Origin: Candidatus Electronema halotolerans
GTDB taxonomy: Bacteria; Desulfobacterota; Desulfobulbia; Desulfobulbales; Desulfobulbaceae
Direction: 5' to 3'
Length of the DNA: 32,000 bases
Assembly (NCBI GenBank): GCA_942493095.1
Contig: OW818675.1
Coordinates: forward strand, 1,200,001-1,232,000
The notes under the pieces: generated by a model
The model's database searches: none
Told to the model about the DNA's origin: nothing
The model's input: the letters and a program-made list of their open reading frames with translations, nothing else
Translations under genes and position numbers: made by a program
Part shown: in pieces, positions 27,487 to 32,000 of the stretch
How positions within the stretch are numbered: position 1 is the first letter of the stretch
Layout: each line of letters starts with the position of its first letter

Positions 27487-27606
27487 GAAACTGTCGTGAT
27501 ACATATAAGAACAGTATCGCATCGAGTATCAGGACGCAAAAAGGATACTCAATCCGACTCACAACTCGATTGCCCGGCGCAGGAGACCAATCTGCTGCTG
27601 TTCTAT

Positions 27607-28554
27607 CTATCTCAGACGAATGTCACGAAATTTAACTATAAAATTGCTTCCAGCATTAGCTTCGATTTCTAACAATGAGATAAAATTGGCTTGCGGAGCT
27701 ACTCCGTCAAAACTAAGGTTTGACAGAGTTTTTATGTTAGCAACAAGAAGGCTTTCTACATTTTTTACATCTTTCTTGTTAGCTATCTGAACCCCTGATA
27801 GGGAATATTCGTTTCCGTAATTATCAAAAATTCTTGACAAAGGTCTATCTCCCCAGCCAAGTTTAATCTTCATGTCTTTTTCCTTGCTTGTTATCGATAA
27901 TGAACAAATAACTTTTTGCCCTGAAAGGCTACATCCATGTAGTTCAAAAATAAAATTATCTTTTTCTACTTTCAAAACGGCATTTTGATTAACTGTATAT
28001 TCTTTCGACGGTTCGTTATATATCCTTTCAATAGTTATCAAGTCTTTACCCAGCAGCTCGTTAATAGCCGGAGTCTTGGCAATATCCTCTTTTGCTGAAT
28101 CAATGATATCCGCAGTATCTGAATCCAGCACTTTGACCGTAAGATGCACATTATCACCAAACGGTGTCAGTGTCCCTGTCACCAGCGCATCAACCCCGGC
28201 AATCTTGCCCAGCTTCCTTGCTGTTGCCGAGTCAATTAATCCTGTTGCCGAGAGCTTGTTTTCCTTGATAATGCTCTTCAAATGAGTGCGGTCAATCACC
28301 CGGAAACCTTTGCCAGCACCTGCCAGCGCAACCGAAAACTCCTCAGCAATAAAGCGGTCAAGCTGTGTCACATTCCCTTCAAGATCAGTGAAGTCCACCA
28401 CTGCCACGGTCTTTTTGCCTTTATCGGCAATCTTCTCCGCCATTGTCGCGGACAACTGCTCAATCTCTTTTTCATATCCCCACGCCGAAGATGCCAGCAA
28501 AGCAAGCAGCATTGCCGTGCCGCAGATTGAAAACAGACGATTCTTCGTGTTCAT
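27607..28554 (-). CDS. Secreted CsgG/FlgO-like protein
   Basis: Signal peptide MNTKNRLFSICGTAMLLALLASSAWG; KTVAVVDFTDLEGNVTQLDRFIAEEFSVALAGAGKGFRVIDRTHLKSIIKENKL...VDALVTGTLTPFGD. Confidence 0.8.
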   Translation of the reverse strand: MNTKNRLFSICGTAMLLALLASSAWGYEKEIEQLSATMAEKIADKGKKTVAVVDFTDLEGNVTQLDRFIAEEFSVALAGAGKGFRVIDRTHLKSIIKENKLSATGLIDSATARKLGKIAGVDALVTGTLTPFGDNVHLTVKVLDSDTADIIDSAKEDIAKTPAINELLGKDLITIERIYNEPSKEYTVNQNAVLKVEKDNFIFELHGCSLSGQKVICSLSITSKEKDMKIKLGWGDRPLSRIFDNYGNEYSLSGVQIANKKDVKNVESLLVANIKTLSNLSFDGVAPQANFISLLEIEANAGSNFIVKFRDIRLR

Positions 28555-28578
28555 AGCTATACCCTCCTTGCTATTTTT

Positions 28579-29397
28579 TCATACCTTCAGTGAAGGCTGT
28601 TCATGACAACGTCCCGCTAGTTCGGCCAACTCGGCAGCAGAAAGCCCTGATGCCTCAGCGACCAGCTCCGGCGCAATGCCCTGCCGCAGCAGCCTTGCCG
28701 CAATGAGCCGCGCTGCCGCAACTTGCCCTGCCTCAAATTCGTTCTTCCGCAGCTCCTCCTGATGATGCTCCTCAATCATCCGGGCGCGCTCCTCCGGGGA
28801 GAACTGGCTGCGCTGGATGGCGGCGAAGAGCTTCTGGATCGCGCTCTGCTGGTACAGGCTCTCGTCCACCTCCTCGTCAAGGGTGTCGTTGATGGCCCGC
28901 AGCCAGGAGCGGCACGGCTCCGGCGTGTTCTCGTCCGCATATTTCGGGCAGAGATAGATCACCTTGTGCGGAATTTCCTGCAGCGGCCTGCCTGCAAGGT
29001 CATGCGGATCAAAATCCGTCACCGCGATGTCGCACTGATGGCGGTCGCCGGAGGTGAGCACGACCACGGTATAGACAGCCAGCGGCGGGCGGTAGTTGTG
29101 CGAGCTGGCGATTTGCTCCAGCAGGGCCGCGCAGTGATAGTACAGGAAGCGGTCGTAATGATCCGAGGTGCGGGCGTGCTGAATGTCAATGATCAGCCGG
29201 TGCTGCGTGTCCTCGGCAAAGAGATCGAAGCGCGGCTTGATATAGCCGACAGGCGGATCAAATTCCTTTTCCGTCTCCACGACATCGACCGTCACTGGCA
29301 GGCCGATGACATCCTGCGCAAAGGCAGTGAATATCTCAGGATCACAGAACGCCTTCTTGAACACGACCCCGTATTTCAACGATGCGACTTTTTTCAT
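28579..29397 (-). CDS. Rpn/YhgA-like PD-(D/E)XK nuclease family protein
   Basis: LKYGVVFKKAFCDPEIFTAFAQDVIGL...PRFDLFAEDTQHRLIIDIQHARTSDHYDRFLYYHCAAL...; C-terminal helical region typical of the family. Confidence 0.8.
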   Translation of the reverse strand: MKKVASLKYGVVFKKAFCDPEIFTAFAQDVIGLPVTVDVVETEKEFDPPVGYIKPRFDLFAEDTQHRLIIDIQHARTSDHYDRFLYYHCAALLEQIASSHNYRPPLAVYTVVVLTSGDRHQCDIAVTDFDPHDLAGRPLQEIPHKVIYLCPKYADENTPEPCRSWLRAINDTLDEEVDESLYQQSAIQKLFAAIQRSQFSPEERARMIEEHHQEELRKNEFEAGQVAAARLIAARLLRQGIAPELVAEASGLSAAELAELAGRCHEQPSLKV

Positions 29398-30965
29398 GAT
29401 TTGATGCGATTTCGGCAGGCTGCCGCAAAATCCTCTGGGAAATGGCTGCTGATGTATCGATGCTGGGCCTCGCTAAACGACCCCATTGACCACGGCAGCT
29501 TGGGCATAAAGGCATAAAGCAGCCGCTGGCCGTTGCAGATGCCGATGCGCTTGGAATATTCAACCGAAGTCACCATTCGCGCTCCCAGTTTGGCAAAAAC
29601 ATGCTGGGCCAGCAGAATGCCTTGGTCAATCGACCGGCGCACTGCTGCGTCCGCCTCCAGCACATTGCCGACCGGCTGGCTGTCCGCATCCGCAATGACC
29701 ATGAGCTGCAATTCCCACTGCGAAACCTGGGCCTTGGGCACAAAGAGCAGCACATTGGCATCCTCATGAACGATCAGGCTGCACTCCTTGTCCGAGTCTC
29801 GGTCAGGCCGCTCATTTTCCCGGATGCAGCGGAGATAGTCACGGAAAAAATCGCCGCCGCAGTCCTGCCGGTATTGTGCAATCACTGCCGCCACTTGATC
29901 GCCACAGCTGTAGGCAGGCATGGTCTTGCCGTCCGTTGTCTCCACCATCTCTGGCGTGAGCGCATACTGCTGATGAATCATCTGATGCGAGGCATGGAGC
30001 CGACAGCCGGACCCGGAAAAATCATAGCCAAAATTCCAGCCCCAGAGCGTGGCCGGATGCGGGCCGCTCTGTGCTGCTGCCAGCACTTGTTTCCGCAGCG
30101 ATTCCAGCTCGTCTTCAGTCAAGCTGCGCTGCGGCAATTCTGGCCGCAGCCCGAACTGTTCTGCCAAAACCACGATCATGCGCTGATAATAGAGATGGCG
30201 CAGGCCCCGCATGTCGGTCAGGCTCAGATCAGCGGTGCAATAGCGGACTGCGTCATGAGCCATGTTGGCCGCGTAATGACCCCAAGGAATATATGAATTG
30301 CGGCGCAGGTACTCGAAAACATGCGTTTCCTCTTGGGCAAAGCGACCGACAATCTCGCTGCCGCCCTGCACGCCGGGCCGCAGAACCATGACTTCCTTCC
30401 AGCGGCTTGGCAGATGCGGGTTGTTGGCAATGGTTTCAAACAGCTCAAAATCGTCAATGTCGGCCTTGCCGGGCCGCAGATAGCGCAGGCCAATCGGCTC
30501 ACCATCGGCATCAAACTCCATCCGGCAGCAGTCTTTGGCCAGCAGCACCAGCTCTGCCGGGTCAGTCGAATTGGCAGCAAGAGCGTATTTGAGCGGCAGG
30601 GGCAGGCGGCTGATCATGCTCTGCCGCTCTGTGTCATTCAAATCAAGCGACTGGGCCAGCGAGCAGTCCGGCGGCGGCGCAATCCTGATCATGCTTGGAT
30701 CAGCGGCCCGCGCCGCCGCCCAGCCAGAGTCAATATAGGTCGCGCCAAGAAAGGGAAAAGCATTGGGAATTTCGTAAATCCAGCGGCCTGCCTGCTCCTC
30801 CACATCGCCGGGCGGAAAATTGGCCTGATTGACAACAGCGGCCTCATTCGGCAGACTGCCAAGGCGGAGGAAAAAATCCTGGTCGCGCAAATTGCGGACA
30901 CGATAGCTGGGCCGGTGCAGGCCGACTTTGAATTTGCCCGTTGATGTCACACAGGTTTTCAGCAT
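29394..30965 (-). CDS. Conserved hypothetical, possibly HIT/GalT-like fold in part
   Basis: Long coherent protein; ECSLIVHEDANVLLFVPKAQVSQWELQLMVIAD resembles HIT/GalT-type sequence; stop overlaps the Rpn-like start by ATGA. Confidence 0.6.
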   Translation of the reverse strand: MLKTCVTSTGKFKVGLHRPSYRVRNLRDQDFFLRLGSLPNEAAVVNQANFPPGDVEEQAGRWIYEIPNAFPFLGATYIDSGWAAARAADPSMIRIAPPPDCSLAQSLDLNDTERQSMISRLPLPLKYALAANSTDPAELVLLAKDCCRMEFDADGEPIGLRYLRPGKADIDDFELFETIANNPHLPSRWKEVMVLRPGVQGGSEIVGRFAQEETHVFEYLRRNSYIPWGHYAANMAHDAVRYCTADLSLTDMRGLRHLYYQRMIVVLAEQFGLRPELPQRSLTEDELESLRKQVLAAAQSGPHPATLWGWNFGYDFSGSGCRLHASHQMIHQQYALTPEMVETTDGKTMPAYSCGDQVAAVIAQYRQDCGGDFFRDYLRCIRENERPDRDSDKECSLIVHEDANVLLFVPKAQVSQWELQLMVIADADSQPVGNVLEADAAVRRSIDQGILLAQHVFAKLGARMVTSVEYSKRIGICNGQRLLYAFMPKLPWSMGSFSEAQHRYISSHFPEDFAAACRNRIKS

Positions 30966-31105
30966 GGCGGTGGTCCGGCAGTTGACGGAAAGGAACAGAT
31001 TGACGGAAAAACGTTGCGCGCTGGAAAAAATTCAGGTCATAATAGACTATATAATATGATTTTTCACCTCATTTTCAGCTCCGCCGCAGAGCGCGCCGCC
31101 AAGCT

Positions 31106-32000
31106 ATGGGAGTCCCAAGAGTAATTTTTCGGGTCTGCGAGACCCTAAACTGTCCGAAATTTCAGTACGGAGACTCCTTCACTGTGTCCGGCGTGGCCGT
31201 GATGATGCGCAACAACGGCGACAGCTCCTTTGTCACCAGCACGGCTGTTCATGCCAATCAGAACCGCGACAACTGTGAAATCCTCTACGGCGATTTAGTC
31301 CGCCTGATCATCAAATACGAGCGAGCCGACCAAATCCCGGACTGCCTGATTTCATGCACCGGCTGCACCGGCTCGCTCCGCATTGAACATTACCGATATC
31401 CCAAGAAAAAGCAGGAACAGGAGGAGCTGGGAAAAACTAACAAGGAAGTGGCTGTTCTTGTTGAAAGTCTGGCAAGATTTCCTTTTTTTCAAATCATCAG
31501 CACCGACAGCCTGCATGAAGTGCTGCGCAATGCCAAGGTTGAGGATTTTAAAAAAGATGACATCGTCATCCGTCAGGGTGCTCTTGGCACAAAACTCTAT
31601 ATTCTCGCCAAAGGCAAGGTCAATATTCTCAATGACACCGGCATCTCTATCTCCACTTTAGCAGAAGGCGAGGTTTTTGGCGAGATGAGCCTGATCTGCG
31701 ACGAGAATATCGGGGCTACGGTGCAGGCGGCCAGCGATGCGAAAATCGTCAGCATTGACTACCGGGATTTTCAATTCATTCTGGATCGCTATCCGGCCAT
31801 GCTCCGCTATTTCATCCGGCTGATGGCCCAGCGCCTGAGCCGGTCCAATAAAATCCGCTTTGATGACTACGCCTCCGGCATGATCGGCAGACTTGAGGAA
31901 ATTCCGCCTGAAGCCCTGTTTCAAACTCTGCATGCCAATGCCAAAACCGGCATTCTCACCATAACCGAAGTGCCCAAAGGCACAGGACGTTTTTCGCTGC
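31106..32000 (+). CDS. Cyclic-nucleotide-binding domain protein, 3'-truncated by window end (frame absent from the supplied ORF track)
   Basis: Manual translation from ATG 31106: MGVPRVIFRVCETLNCPKFQYGDSFTVSG...FFQIISTDSLHEVLRNAKVEDFKKDDIVIRQGALGTKLYILAKGKVNIL...LAEGEVFGEMSLI...MAQRLSRSNK; then a possible DUF4388 start. Confidence 0.85.
   Translation, partial: MGVPRVIFRVCETLNCPKFQYGDSFTVSGVAVMMRNNGDSSFVTSTAVHANQNRDNCEILYGDLVRLIIKYERADQIPDCLISCTGCTGSLRIEHYRYPKKKQEQEELGKTNKEVAVLVESLARFPFFQIISTDSLHEVLRNAKVEDFKKDDIVIRQGALGTKLYILAKGKVNILNDTGISISTLAEGEVFGEMSLICDENIGATVQAASDAKIVSIDYRDFQFILDRYPAMLRYFIRLMAQRLSRSNKIRFDDYASGMIGRLEEIPPEALFQTLHANAKTGILTITEVPKGTGRFSL

Noticed and set aside
28723-30944. 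Plus-strand ORFs of 264 and 207-231 aa
   Set aside because: They are antisense shadows of the Rpn-like and 523-aa genes.

Overview
This 32 kb window is a GC-rich bacterial chromosome segment. Protein content (a DVU0298-like family protein, CooT, a C-terminal PDH fusion, independent PGM) suggests a Desulfobacterota/Desulfobulbales-like host, but that placement is inference only. It is mostly housekeeping and metabolic genes: rlmB, a prephenate dehydratase-like/dehydrogenase fusion, lysA, independent phosphoglycerate mutase, ybgC-like thioesterase, HIT protein, yciO, kdsD, an acuI-like oxidoreductase, a hybrid histidine kinase and trpB. There are two divergent tRNA genes (Asn-GTT, Pro-TGG) and two insertion sequences with definable ends. 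One is IS630-like at 13661-14704, with a TA duplication, splitting a DUF1566 gene. The other is IS1-like at 26599-27486, with an 8-bp GAAACTGT duplication. The most interesting non-routine items are: (1) a 901-aa protein with an N-terminal ubiquitin-E2-like (UBC/UEV) fold lacking the catalytic Cys, followed by an acidic linker, TM segment and TPR-like C-terminus; (2) two clear tandem arrays and one decayed candidate array, all with a 23-bp period and dyad symmetry, the decayed one split by the IS1-like element; (3) a ~262-bp intergenic structured element with a 12-bp inverted repeat and strong hairpins enclosing one array; (4) a translationally coupled pair of a large conserved hypothetical and an Rpn/PD-(D/E)XK nuclease-like protein; (5) a CooT nickel-binding-like gene next to a small protein ending in HHHHH. 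No CRISPR array or recognised defence island was found.
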